From Candidatus Hydrogenedentota bacterium (lineage in GTDB: Bacteria > Hydrogenedentota > Hydrogenedentia > Hydrogenedentales > SLHB01): a stretch of DNA of 64,000 nt. The notes under the pieces are model-generated. The model had not been told where the DNA came from, searched no databases, and saw nothing but the letters and a program-made list of their open reading frames with translations. The translations under genes and the position numbers were made by a program. The DNA lies in NCBI GenBank assembly GCA_045863295.1, contig BTWA01000032.1, positions 1 through 64,000 on the forward strand, in the 5' to 3' direction. Numbering within the stretch: the stretch's first letter is position 1; each line of letters starts with the position of its first letter. Of this stretch, positions 46,001 to 54,740 are shown piece after piece.

Positions 46001-47137
46001 TTGCTGCAGGCGCAGAAAATGGAGTCTGTTGGAAGGCTTGCCGGCGGGGTCGCGCATGATTTCAACAACATGCTGGGCGTAATTCTTGGACACACCGAAA
46101 TTGCCCTGATCAATACACGCAAGGACAACCCCATTCACCACGACCTTGCGGAGATTCAACGCGCAGCACAACGATCGGCTGACCTTACCCGGCAACTGCT
46201 GGCTTTCGCCCGGCGCCAAACCGTGAACCCCCAACCGCTCGACCTGAATGAAACCGTGGGGGGCATGTTGAAAATGCTGGGAAGGCTCACCGGCGAAGCG
46301 ATCGAGCTTCTGTGGCTGCCTGGACCGTCGTTGTGGCGTGTGAAGATAGACCCGTCCCAAGTGGATCAGATTCTCACGAATCTAATCATAAACGCCAGGG
46401 ACGCCGTTAAGGGTTCCGGCCGTGTCTCTATCCAAACCGAGAATGCCCACGTGCATGAATCTGACGGCTCCAGCGAACTGCAGGCCGTACCCGGCGAGTA
46501 TGTGTTGTTGTCCGTCAGCGATAACGGGTGCGGCATGACCAAGGAAGTTCTCGCCAAGGTTTTCGAGCCGTTTTTCACCACCAAACCGGTCGGCGAGGGT
46601 ACTGGACTTGGATTGTCCACCGTATATGGCATTGTGAAACAAAACGACGGCTTCATCCACGTCGACAGTGAATGGGGCGGGGGTTCTGTGTTCAAGATCT
46701 ACTTCCCGCGCCATACTCAAGAAGTCATTGAAGACAAGAGCATTATCGCGGCCCGTTCGGCGAAACGAGGCACCGAAACTATTCTTCTGGTCGAAGACGA
46801 AGTGTCCATTCTCGAACTGAGCAAGCGTATACTGGAAAGTCTGGGATATACCGTGATGGCCGCCTCCAGCCCCGGGGAAGCCATTCAGGTGTGCAGCCGA
46901 TTCGAGGGGGTCATTCATTTGCTGGTAACCGATGTCGTGATGCCCGAGATGAACGGCCGGCAACTGGCCTCAAAATTGAACGAAATGCGGCCCGGTATGA
47001 AGTGCCTTTTCATGTCCGGTTACACCGCGGATGTGATCGCCGATCACGGGGTGCTGGACAAGGATGTGCGATTTATTCAAAAGCCCTTTTCCATCGCCGA
47101 TCTTGCAGTCAAGGTGCGCGAGGCCATGGAAGAATGA
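43097..47137 (+). CDS. Hybrid sensor histidine kinase: 5TM-LYT-type input, six PAS/PAC, HisKA, HATPase, REC
   Basis: GVIFDGRS..GLFGGP TM region, six segments ending (D/N)IT, GGVAHDFNN, NARDA, GTGLGL, LLVEDE...DVVMP...KPF. Confidence 0.93.
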   Translation: MLVLNLIQNVALLVTLVVVHPLLARRFRIRYPWFHILSGLLFGGVCVIGMMAPVQIAPGVIFDGRSIVLSVAGLFGGPIVALVAAIVSGSYRLYIGGSGAIPGIVVIVEATTIGLAFNYLGRRDSKFMSLFWFWVLGLVVHAAMIFTLLLMLGDQLGPNPILNLGAPILVLYPIATMVICRILQDYEERLEIEENLKQSQEKYRILVENAAEGIVVVQDAHIVFANAALATIVGYTQDELLVRPFVDFAHPDDRRMLIERHQLRLEGKEFPSIGELRVIHKSGAVRWVELNAVRIEWNSRVAVLNFITDITNRKSAEKALAESGIRYKSVVDALGSAVLVHASDGTIIECNAAAEQVLGISRGQILGSGPQTSEWPAIFEDGSPFPVEEYPVVITQRTGIAQHGVVMGLTRPDGKQIWIIINTVPLSGPNRDKPFAVVSSLVDITELKRLSEALARSNDELEFMIQALPDLLFHMSGDGTIKDFRAQDPATLYLPPDEFIGRKLQDVLPPDAAKAISEGLAELYRGDKIVSVTYKLPMPNGDHWFEARFNTLSSSDEVVALVRNITDRKRVEDALLENQAYLAAFIKHAPAAVAMMDTELRYIACSARWMSDYGIEGRDIVGISHYEVFPEIPARWKEIHRRCLQGSIERCEEDPFARSDGTIQWLSWEVHPWYTIDGRIGGLMMFTQDITQSRQADERLRHERERFAAIIEATNIGTWEWNVQTGDAIFNERWATIGGYTLEELAPHSIQTWIDLAHPDDLAHSIDLISKHFSGEIPYYDCECRMRHKDGSWVWVHDRGKVTEWGSDGSPHVMAGTHTDITGRKQADEALRELTERFKKIAAQVPGVVYQYKLRQDGTSCFPYASEGIRSIYRVDPDDVREDASAVFEVLHPEDYDGIVESIQVSARNMTTWRHEYRVKFPDGDVRWLYGNAIPQVDTDGAVLWHGFISDITEQRRLRDETEALQGQLLQAQKMESVGRLAGGVAHDFNNMLGVILGHTEIALINTRKDNPIHHDLAEIQRAAQRSADLTRQLLAFARRQTVNPQPLDLNETVGGMLKMLGRLTGEAIELLWLPGPSLWRVKIDPSQVDQILTNLIINARDAVKGSGRVSIQTENAHVHESDGSSELQAVPGEYVLLSVSDNGCGMTKEVLAKVFEPFFTTKPVGEGTGLGLSTVYGIVKQNDGFIHVDSEWGGGSVFKIYFPRHTQEVIEDKSIIAARSAKRGTETILLVEDEVSILELSKRILESLGYTVMAASSPGEAIQVCSRFEGVIHLLVTDVVMPEMNGRQLASKLNEMRPGMKCLFMSGYTADVIADHGVLDKDVRFIQKPFSIADLAVKVREAMEE

Positions 47138-47162
47138 ACCGACGGAGGGATTGGAGTGGCAA

Positions 47163-48455
47163 CTATCGCTCGGGCAGTTCGAAATAGGCATGCCAGAGTT
47201 CGGCTTCTTGTGTGCTCTGGCCGGATTCATCTTTCAGATACTTGACGCTGAGCAGATGTACGGTATCTCCGGCGTCCTCACCTCCAAAGCGCGCCGGACA
47301 TAACGCATGCACCACATACGCTTCCAGGTTGGCCGAATTCGACACAGTCCATTCCCGCAACGCCTTGAAGGTCGACGTGTCCAACTGCCAGAGATGTAAG
47401 TCTCCTGCGACCGGGCGGCCAATCAAGAACATGCGGCCATCGCCGGCCATAAGCATGCGCGAAAGACCGGGGTTGAGACCCGTCTCATGCGAATCGACCG
47501 CGAGGTTCGGCGCAATATGTGCGATGTAATGCGGCGTTCCCGGCGTTTTCAAAAGTTCCTCGTGCGATGCCGCGCTGGCGTGTGCATACGACACGTAGGC
47601 GCCGCCGTTGCCATCGGGGATCATATCCTGCAATGCCGTGCGCCCGTCCAAAGGCATAAGCCAACCGATATTCTTCCAATTGCCCACGGTCAGATCCTCG
47701 CACGACGCCAGCCGGACATGACGCCAGGAATATTTAGTGCCTTCGCCGTCCGAGTGATCAGGGTCGTATAACGCGGAATTCAACACCGCAATTGCCCGTT
47801 TGCCCGTTAGCAGAATGCCTTCGTATCCGTAGCGGCCTTCCGGCGTCTCCATGCGGCTCGTGTGCCACGTTCCATCGGCTGCATCGAAGAACGCGGCGAT
47901 GATCGCGTTGGGCTTTCCATACTGCATTTCAGCGGTTTCGGCATACAACGTCAGAAAATTGCCTTCCGGGCTAATCGCCGCGCCCATATAGGCATTGGTA
48001 CCGGTGTGCACTTCCTCTATAGACGAAAAATCGACCGGTTCTTTCGTGCGGTTAATGTGCACGTTTGCGTAATCGGTTGACCCCGTGATCCACACGCGTT
48101 TGTCCGGTCCCGCAAGCATCATGTAGGGGGGATAGGGGAGCGTGCCTACTTCGTTCCAGGTTCCATTGTCCTCACGGCGATAAAACGCCCCGGGATGCGA
48201 ATACGGCCAGTCCGGTTTTTCCGGGTTGGGATTACGAATCGTGGCGCATGCGTAAAGGCGACCGTCGATTTTAAGTAGGCGGTTGCTGTGCCAACCGTGA
48301 ATCGTTCCGGAAAATACTCTCGCAGCGACGAGTTCCGCTTTTCCTTCAACGATTGAGTGTGTGGCATCTTGGGCATCCGCATTGAACATAGCCACCAAGG
48401 CCAAGACCACGTTGAGTAAGGCAAGGTGCCACTGAATCGAGTTAGTCTTTGTCAC
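47163..48455 (-). CDS. Hypothetical secreted protein (possibly beta-propeller)
   Basis: GTG at 48455 overlaps the upstream gene. Signal peptide ...LALVAMFNADA|Q and a beta-rich sequence with DxxTW turns. Confidence 0.6.
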   Translation of the reverse strand: MTKTNSIQWHLALLNVVLALVAMFNADAQDATHSIVEGKAELVAARVFSGTIHGWHSNRLLKIDGRLYACATIRNPNPEKPDWPYSHPGAFYRREDNGTWNEVGTLPYPPYMMLAGPDKRVWITGSTDYANVHINRTKEPVDFSSIEEVHTGTNAYMGAAISPEGNFLTLYAETAEMQYGKPNAIIAAFFDAADGTWHTSRMETPEGRYGYEGILLTGKRAIAVLNSALYDPDHSDGEGTKYSWRHVRLASCEDLTVGNWKNIGWLMPLDGRTALQDMIPDGNGGAYVSYAHASAASHEELLKTPGTPHYIAHIAPNLAVDSHETGLNPGLSRMLMAGDGRMFLIGRPVAGDLHLWQLDTSTFKALREWTVSNSANLEAYVVHALCPARFGGEDAGDTVHLLSVKYLKDESGQSTQEAELWHAYFELPER

Positions 48456-48765
48456 GGGATTCCAATTCCTTCCGAAGCCGCTCCAATTCGTGCGCCACTT
48501 TGCCGAGTTCCAGGCGCGTCCGCCTGTTTTCTTTGGCCATTCCCAGCAGGTACCAGATTGCGAATACAAGTATTCCCGCTTTCAGAAGAAGTACCGGAAG
48601 GCTAAGCGCCCCAATTAATACCCACTCCCATCCTCCAGGCATTTCTGACAAAGCATACGCAGGCAGTCTCAACGAACGCATTTGCAGGAGCCCTGGTGAT
48701 CTCTGCATTTCAGCCCTACACGTAGATTCACCCACGTGACCTCGTGCCTTGTGCGTGGTTTTCAA
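48442..48765 (-). CDS. Small TM plus coiled-coil protein, paralog C
   Basis: MPGGWEWVLIG, TM segment, ENRRTRLELGKVAHELERLRK. Start is uncertain (48765, 48708, 48681 or 48642). Confidence 0.7.
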   Translation of the reverse strand: MKTTHKARGHVGESTCRAEMQRSPGLLQMRSLRLPAYALSEMPGGWEWVLIGALSLPVLLLKAGILVFAIWYLLGMAKENRRTRLELGKVAHELERLRKELESRDKD

Positions 48766-49004
48766 TCCTCGTCTCGCTTCCTCATCGCTTCCACTTCATG
48801 CGCGAGTTTGCTGACTTCAATCCTGAGCCGCCGGCGCTCTTTGTCGCCGTTGACAAAGTATCGGATAACCATGAACAAAACCGCCAAGGGAATCGCCAGA
48901 ATGCACAGGATTACGATGATTTCAAAACCGCCCGGCAACGTAAACATCGCATAACGGGGAATACTGCTCCTGTGCCACGTACGATCGCATTCCTGGTGTA
49001 CCAT
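48762..49004 (-). CDS. Small TM plus coiled-coil protein, paralog B
   Basis: GAGGAG RBS, LPGGFEIIVIL, TM segment, ERRRLRIEVSKLAHEVEAMRK. Confidence 0.75.
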   Translation of the reverse strand: MVHQECDRTWHRSSIPRYAMFTLPGGFEIIVILCILAIPLAVLFMVIRYFVNGDKERRRLRIEVSKLAHEVEAMRKRDED

Positions 49005-49055
49005 ACGTCATCTCCTCGAATGTAGTGCGCCACAGTGCGTACGGTCCGGCGAGCG

Positions 49056-49253
49056 TCAATTGCCCTGCTTCTTGCGCAGTAATTCCAACTCGCTGCCAAT
49101 TTTGCCTACCTCAAGTCGAAGCAACCGCTGCTCATCCGATCGCCGTCTAAGATATCTCGCCAATCCCACTATCGCGCGCACTACCGCGTACGCGATCAAG
49201 ATCAAGATAAGGATCGGCACAATGGCAACTACGCTGTATCCAGAAGGCATCAC
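49056..49253 (-). CDS. Small TM plus coiled-coil protein, paralog A
   Basis: GTGA overlap with the HTH gene, MPSGY, TM segment, EQRLLRLEVGKIGSELELLRK. Confidence 0.75.
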   Translation of the reverse strand: MMPSGYSVVAIVPILILILIAYAVVRAIVGLARYLRRRSDEQRLLRLEVGKIGSELELLRKKQGN

Positions 49254-49447
49254 CCTTCCCCTCCATTTCCGTTCGGATGCACCTTTTTCGCCTCAAGCCA
49301 CGCGTCCACATCGGCCCGGTCGAACTTGATATTCTTGGCACTGATCCGGATGTAGGGCGGACAATCCCCCGAAGCGATGTACTTGTAGATGGTCCGCTTC
49401 GAATCACCCAAGTAGGCCGCCAAATCCTCGATGGACATCAACTGCAT
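49250..49447 (-). CDS. Excisionase/BldC-like helix-turn-helix (HTH_17) DNA-binding protein
   Basis: LMSIEDLAAYLGDSKRTIYKYIASGDCP..RI...IKFDRADVDAWLE. Start is 49447 or 49462. Confidence 0.88.
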   Translation of the reverse strand: MQLMSIEDLAAYLGDSKRTIYKYIASGDCPPYIRISAKNIKFDRADVDAWLEAKKVHPNGNGGEG

Positions 49448-49470
49448 ATTCGATTCCCGCATTTCATCGG

Positions 49471-49510
49471 TATCATTATGTCGCAATATGTCATAATATG
49501 CAATGATATT
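49471..49510 (-). promoter_or_regulatory. Promoter overlaid by four 10-bp-period direct repeats
   Basis: + strand TATCATTATG/TCGCAATATG/TCATAATATG/CAATGATATT. Minus strand TTGCAT (49503-49498), 17 bp, CATAAT (49480-49475). Confidence 0.7.
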
Positions 49511-49673
49511 CTTTACCGGCTTCACCAGGGTAGGCTGAAAAATACGCTGTCCAATGCGTCAACACGCACGGAACGCAGACGACTTCAAAGTGTAGAATAG
49601 GCAAAATCCGGCATGCTGCCGCCGGCGAATGGGCTCCGAGGCTGTCGCCATTTCACGGCGAGGAGGGGTTTAA

Positions 49674-50249
49674 ATGGGGCGTCGTATCGCGTACGCATTG
49701 GTTGTTGTCGGGCTTGTACTTGCGCTCGGGTGTTTTAAGAAGGTCCCGCGAGAAAAGCTTCAGCCGTTGTTTGGCGATGATGCCGGCGGCGCCGTATCCG
49801 GCGACTTCCCAGTCTTTGAAGAAGGGGGATCCCTGAAATTGACCGTGCAAGGTGCGATGCGGGAAATCCCCTTGAATGAGATCTACTATTGCAATACCGA
49901 AGGCGATTTCCCGGACTACATCGAGTTTTCCGGCGAGGGCACCTATTTCGAAGCGGTAAATGAAGCAAAACTGCCGGGTGACGACGAAGATGACTGGAGC
50001 GCGCCCCATGCTTCGATTGTCTCGAAGGCGTTGCCCATAAAATCCATTAATGACAGACCCATGGAAATGACTATCCCTGGATTGGGGAAATATGCGGTAA
50101 CCGGTGGAACCATCACCATGACACGGAATCAAGGGGGAATGGAGGGGGTGGTCTGGTGGGAAGGGACCATCAACGTCATTTGCGATACGTCCACCGGCCC
50201 CGCCACGGCTCCCGGCACTTTTGCCTTTGGCATGGTGCCGGTCTGGTAG
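49674..50249 (+). CDS. Hypothetical lipoprotein
   Basis: GAGGAGG RBS and MGRR..LVLALG-C lipobox. Confidence 0.7.
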   Translation: MGRRIAYALVVVGLVLALGCFKKVPREKLQPLFGDDAGGAVSGDFPVFEEGGSLKLTVQGAMREIPLNEIYYCNTEGDFPDYIEFSGEGTYFEAVNEAKLPGDDEDDWSAPHASIVSKALPIKSINDRPMEMTIPGLGKYAVTGGTITMTRNQGGMEGVVWWEGTINVICDTSTGPATAPGTFAFGMVPVW

Positions 50250-50340
50250 TGATCGTTTGGCGTGCACGTGATTTCTGCTCAGCAAAACCGCGGGGTTTGA
50301 CAATATCCTGTCCGCAATGGCACGATGAGAGCCTCATCGG

Positions 50341-50419
50341 CCTGCCGTGACTGGCGATGCAAGGTGGAACCAACCACCGGGGAGCGGCGGGTCTTGGGTT
50401 TCTTGCCGATCGCCTGGGC
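50341..50419 (+). ncRNA. ZMP/ZTP riboswitch (pfl motif)
   Basis: CCTGCC-GTGACTGGCG-..-GGTGG-loop-CCACC-GGGGAGC-GGCGGG, linker, GCCGATCGCCTGGGC matches the pfl consensus. TTGACA promoter element at 50297. Confidence 0.92.
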
Positions 50420-50504
50420 GCTCTGAATTGAATGTGTTGCGGGGAGTGGTGCGTCCATTCTCCGCCGGCAACATGCCACGGAGTGCGGCATGGCGGAGGC
50501 CCGG

Positions 50505-51572
50505 ATGCAACAGACCCCCTTGATCGGCGAATACGAAGCGCACGGCGGCAAGGTCGTCGATTTCCACGGTTGGGCGCTTCCTGTGCAGTTTCGCCACGGT
50601 ATTGTGCAGGAACACCTTCACACTCGAACCAAGGCGTCGCTCTTCGACTGCTCCCATATGGGCGAGTTTCTCATTTCTGGTAAAGACACAATCGACGCCT
50701 ACCATCGCCTGGTCATGACCGACGTGTTGGGTATTAAGCCGGGGAGGGGACGCTACGGCGCCCTGCTCAATGAGAAGGGAGGCATTGTTGACGACATCAT
50801 TACTTTTCGACTTGGAGAAGATGATTTCTTTGTCGTCACCAATGCCGGCCCTCTTGACGTGGTCGCCCCTCAAATCACTGCATGCGGACCCGGCGCCACG
50901 GATATTTCCAGCGAGACCGCAAAGATCGACATACAAGGGCCGTTAAGCCGCGAAATTCTAGTGCTCGAAATGCCTGAGGCTGCGAACCTTAAGTACTTCC
51001 AAGCGATTCGCACTCATTGGAAGGGCAGCCCCGTCGTCCTCGCCCGGACAGGGTATACCGGCGAACTCGGCTTCGAAATTTTTGTCCCTGCCGCCGTGGC
51101 CGTGCCCCTTTGGCGCGCACTTGCCGGATACGATGCCGTCGAACCCGCGGGTCTGGGCGCACGCGACACACTACGCACCGAAGTGGTCTATTCGTTGTCC
51201 GGCCAGGACTTTAATGAGTCGCGAACACCCCTGGAGGCCGGGTTGGATGCCTATATTGCATGGGATACCGAGTTTACCGGCAAGGCCGCGCTGCAACAAC
51301 AGCGCGACGCAGCGGACTACCCCGTGCTGACTCCAGTCAAGACCGCCGACCGGCGCGCGCCACGCCATGATTTTGAGGTTACGCACAATGGTGATCGCGT
51401 TGGTGTGGTGACCAGCGGAACCTATGGACCCAGCGTTGGGTATGGAATTGGTCTGGCGTACTTACCCCGGCATTTGGCCAAGCCCGGTACCACGCTTGTC
51501 GCCGGACCACGTGAATTACCCATTGAAACCGCCACGGCCCCGTTTTATAGACAGGGCACGTGCCGCATATAA
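50505..51572 (+). CDS. gcvT: Glycine cleavage system aminomethyltransferase T
   Basis: FHGWALPVQF, LFDCSHMGE, GGIVDD, RTGYTGELGFE, GLGARDTLRTE, VTSGT. GGAGG RBS before 50505. Confidence 0.95.
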   Translation: MQQTPLIGEYEAHGGKVVDFHGWALPVQFRHGIVQEHLHTRTKASLFDCSHMGEFLISGKDTIDAYHRLVMTDVLGIKPGRGRYGALLNEKGGIVDDIITFRLGEDDFFVVTNAGPLDVVAPQITACGPGATDISSETAKIDIQGPLSREILVLEMPEAANLKYFQAIRTHWKGSPVVLARTGYTGELGFEIFVPAAVAVPLWRALAGYDAVEPAGLGARDTLRTEVVYSLSGQDFNESRTPLEAGLDAYIAWDTEFTGKAALQQQRDAADYPVLTPVKTADRRAPRHDFEVTHNGDRVGVVTSGTYGPSVGYGIGLAYLPRHLAKPGTTLVAGPRELPIETATAPFYRQGTCRI

Positions 51573-51583
51573 GGAGACGAGGG

Positions 51584-51973
51584 ATGAGTGCGATTCCCGG
51601 GGATTTGAGGTACACCAAAGATCACGAATGGGTCAGGCAGGAAGCGGAAGTGTATGTCGTCGGCATCACGGCGCACGCCGCCGATCAGCTCGGCGACGTG
51701 ACCTTCGCGGAGGTCCCCATGGTGGGTAAGAACGCCCGAAAGGGTGAGGCCATTGCCACCGTGGAATCCGTTAAGGCGGCAAGCGACGTGTATGCGCCGC
51801 TGAGCGGCACCGTTTGCGCCGCCAACGAGACCCTTGTCAACGCGCCGGAACAAATCAATCAGGATCCCTACGGGACAGGCTGGTTCTTCAAGTTGGAAAA
51901 CGTCAATGCGGCCGAATACGACTCATTGATGGATGCGAAGGCCTATCAAGCCCATGTGGAGGCTTCGTCCTGA
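51584..51973 (+). CDS. gcvH: Glycine cleavage system H protein
   Basis: YTKDHEW, VESVKAASD lipoyl-lysine, INQDPYG. Confidence 0.96.
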   Translation: MSAIPGDLRYTKDHEWVRQEAEVYVVGITAHAADQLGDVTFAEVPMVGKNARKGEAIATVESVKAASDVYAPLSGTVCAANETLVNAPEQINQDPYGTGWFFKLENVNAAEYDSLMDAKAYQAHVEASS

Positions 51974-53256
51974 TGTCTTGGATTCCGACCACACCTACCG
52001 AACGCGATGAAATGCTGGCCGTGATCGGGGTGAAAACAATTGAAGACCTATTTGCGTCGATACCCGCCGATCTGCGCCCGAAATCATTCAACTTGCCAGA
52101 CGCTTTGTCAGAGTACGCCGTGCGCAGCATGATGGAAACGCAAGCAGCCCGAAACGCAGGTTCAGCCATCTGTTTTCTGGGGGGCGGGTTTTACGATCAT
52201 TTTATTCCGGCCGCCGTTGATGCGTTGACTTCGCGTGGCGAGTTCTACACGGCATACACGCCGTACCAGCCCGAAGCGGCGCAAGGCACACTGCAGGCCA
52301 TATACGAATACCAGTCCGCGATTTGCCGGTTGACGGGTTTGGATTTCGCCAACGCCTCGCTCTACGACGGCGGGACAGCCGTCTTCGAGGCGACGACCAT
52401 GGCCATTCGCGTCACGGATCGCCGCCGCGTGGTAGTGCACGAGTCCGTCAATCCCCGCTATCGCGAAATGCTGTTTACGCATGCCGCCAATCTCGATCTG
52501 GATTTTTGCGATGGCGACAACCCCGGCGAAGCGGCGTGTGTCATCGTCCAGAATCCGTCGTTCCGGGGCGATGTGGCTGATTTTTCCGAACTTGCCGAAA
52601 AGTGCCATGCCGCGGGCGCGCTTTTGGTGGTCCTGTTCTACCCGATATCGCTCGGGCTCTTGAAAACGCCCGGAGAAATGGGCGCGGACATTGCCATTGC
52701 CGAAGGCCAGTGCCTTGGCACGCCATTGTTTTTTGGAGGCCCGTATCTCGGCATCATGGCGGTTCGAAAGGATTACGTGCGCAAAATGCCCGGGCGCATT
52801 GGAGCAATGACCCAGGATCACGAAGGCCGACGCGGCTTTGTGCTTACCCTGCAAGCGCGAGAGCAACATATCCGCCGAGGAAAGGCCATGTCGAACATCT
52901 GTTCCAATGAAGCGCTGATTGCGTTGCGCGCCCTGATTTATTTAAGTCTGCTTGGAAAAGAAGGTCTGCGTGACGTGGCAACGCAGTGTCACGCCAAAGC
53001 GCAGTATCTGAAGTCAAAATTGACTTTCGCCAAAATCCTGAATACGGGAACCACGTTCAATGAGTTCGCGGTGCGCCTTCCCAAGAATGCCGAAGATGTT
53101 GCTGCACATCTGTTGAAGCAAGGATTTATTGCCGGTCTTCCCCTGGCCAGTTTGGGATCCGGTGAACCCAACGATCTATTGATTGCCGTTACTGAAAAAC
53201 ATACCCGCGCCATGCTGGACACCTTTGCCGCCGCGCTGGAAATAGCCTGCCGGTAA
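51973..53256 (+). CDS. gcvPA: Glycine dehydrogenase subunit 1
   Basis: FLGGGFYDH, YTAYTPYQPE, NASLYDG, GGPYLG, LQAREQHIRR, SNICSN. Confidence 0.95.
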   Translation: MSWIPTTPTERDEMLAVIGVKTIEDLFASIPADLRPKSFNLPDALSEYAVRSMMETQAARNAGSAICFLGGGFYDHFIPAAVDALTSRGEFYTAYTPYQPEAAQGTLQAIYEYQSAICRLTGLDFANASLYDGGTAVFEATTMAIRVTDRRRVVVHESVNPRYREMLFTHAANLDLDFCDGDNPGEAACVIVQNPSFRGDVADFSELAEKCHAAGALLVVLFYPISLGLLKTPGEMGADIAIAEGQCLGTPLFFGGPYLGIMAVRKDYVRKMPGRIGAMTQDHEGRRGFVLTLQAREQHIRRGKAMSNICSNEALIALRALIYLSLLGKEGLRDVATQCHAKAQYLKSKLTFAKILNTGTTFNEFAVRLPKNAEDVAAHLLKQGFIAGLPLASLGSGEPNDLLIAVTEKHTRAMLDTFAAALEIACR

Positions 53257-53278
53257 TCTCCGGTAAAAGAGGAAGTGC

Positions 53279-54739
53279 ATGCGTCACGACGCCCAAACAC
53301 CACTCATTTTCGACATGTCCAAACCCGGACGTCGCGCAATCGTATTCGATGCGCTCGACGTGCCCTCGGTTACGCTGCCCAGTGAACTGTGCCGCGACGA
53401 ACCGGCTGGACTGCCGGAAGTGAGTGAACTCGATGTAGTCAGGCATTTCACCAATCTCTCACGAAAGAATTTCGGCATTGACAGCCATTTCTATCCGCTG
53501 GGGTCGTGTACCATGAAGTACAATCCCAAAATGGCGGAGGCCGTGGCCGCGCTGCCCGGATATGCGCGCCTTCATCCCCATCTGTCGTCCAGCGAAGCGT
53601 ATTGGGAAGGCTGTCAGGGCGCGCTCGAATTGGTATACGAAACAGAGCATATGCTTGCCGAGATCGCGGGTATGCGTGAAGTCAGTCTGCAGCCCATTGC
53701 CGGTGCGCACGGAGAATTGACCGGTACGCTTTTGATGGCAGCCTACCATCGCGACCGGGGCCATGCACACAAGGACACCATTCTCATTCCCGATTCCGCT
53801 CACGGCACCAATCCGGCCAGTGCAGTCATTGCCGGATTCAACATCGTCGAGATTCCATCCGGACCGGATGGACTGGTGCACCTGAGTGAAGTGGAAAAGG
53901 CCATGAGCGACAATGTGGCCGGGCTCATGACAACGTGCCCCAACACGCACGGTTTGTTTGAACCGGAAGTCAAGCGCGTGGCTGACATGCTTCATGAAGC
54001 CGATGCCCTGTTGTATTACGACGGCGCGAATCTCAACGCCATTCTGGGTAAGGCCCGCCCCGGCGATTTGGGCTTTGATGTCATGCACTACAATCTGCAC
54101 AAAACCTTCGCCACGCCCCATGGCATGGGCGGGCCCGGATGCGGACCCGTCGGAGTGGGGGAAAGACTGTTGCCGTATTTGCCGGGTCCGCGCGTTGTGA
54201 AAGAAGGCGATCGTTTTGCGTTGCGGTCTCCGGAAAAATCGATTGGCCGTGTGGCCGCATTCTTCGGCAATTTCATGATGGCCGTGCGCGCATACGCCTA
54301 CATGCGCCACTACGGAAAAGCTGGACTGATAGACGTATCTGAAATCGCCGTTCTGAACGCGAACTACGTCTTTGCCCGCCTCAAACAGGCGTACACGGCC
54401 GCCTTCAATCGCGAATCCGGCTTTCTCCACGAATGTGTATTCACGGGCGTTCCCCAAGCGAAGAAGGGAGCGAAAGCGCTCGACATTGCAAAAGCACTTT
54501 TGGACTACGGATTTCACGCGCCTACCGTATATTTCCCGCTCACTGTCAAAGAGAGCATTATGATCGAGCCAACGGAAACGGAATCGAAAGAGACGCTGGA
54601 TGCTTTCTGTGACGCCATGCTTGAAATTGCGCGCCGGATCGACGAGAACGATCCGGCACTCCTGGAGGCGCCTGTGTCCACACCCGTGGGCCGCCTTGAT
54701 GAAGTGCTTGCCGCAAGGCAGCTCAATTGCGCCTGCTGA
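53279..54739 (+). CDS. gcvPB: Glycine dehydrogenase subunit 2
   Basis: YPLGSCTMKYNP, SAHGTNPASA, DGANLNA, NLHKTF (PLP lysine), IEPTETE. Confidence 0.95.
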   Translation: MRHDAQTPLIFDMSKPGRRAIVFDALDVPSVTLPSELCRDEPAGLPEVSELDVVRHFTNLSRKNFGIDSHFYPLGSCTMKYNPKMAEAVAALPGYARLHPHLSSSEAYWEGCQGALELVYETEHMLAEIAGMREVSLQPIAGAHGELTGTLLMAAYHRDRGHAHKDTILIPDSAHGTNPASAVIAGFNIVEIPSGPDGLVHLSEVEKAMSDNVAGLMTTCPNTHGLFEPEVKRVADMLHEADALLYYDGANLNAILGKARPGDLGFDVMHYNLHKTFATPHGMGGPGCGPVGVGERLLPYLPGPRVVKEGDRFALRSPEKSIGRVAAFFGNFMMAVRAYAYMRHYGKAGLIDVSEIAVLNANYVFARLKQAYTAAFNRESGFLHECVFTGVPQAKKGAKALDIAKALLDYGFHAPTVYFPLTVKESIMIEPTETESKETLDAFCDAMLEIARRIDENDPALLEAPVSTPVGRLDEVLAARQLNCAC

Positions 54740-54740
54740 A

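Noticed and set aside
49250..49447. Prophage or ICE excisionase implying a mobile element
   Set aside because: No integrase, tRNA, att-like repeats or phage genes in the window.
50280..50490. Glycine riboswitch before gcvT
   Set aside because: No GGAGA...CCGAAG...CTCTCAGG aptamer; the sequence matches the ZTP (pfl) motif instead.
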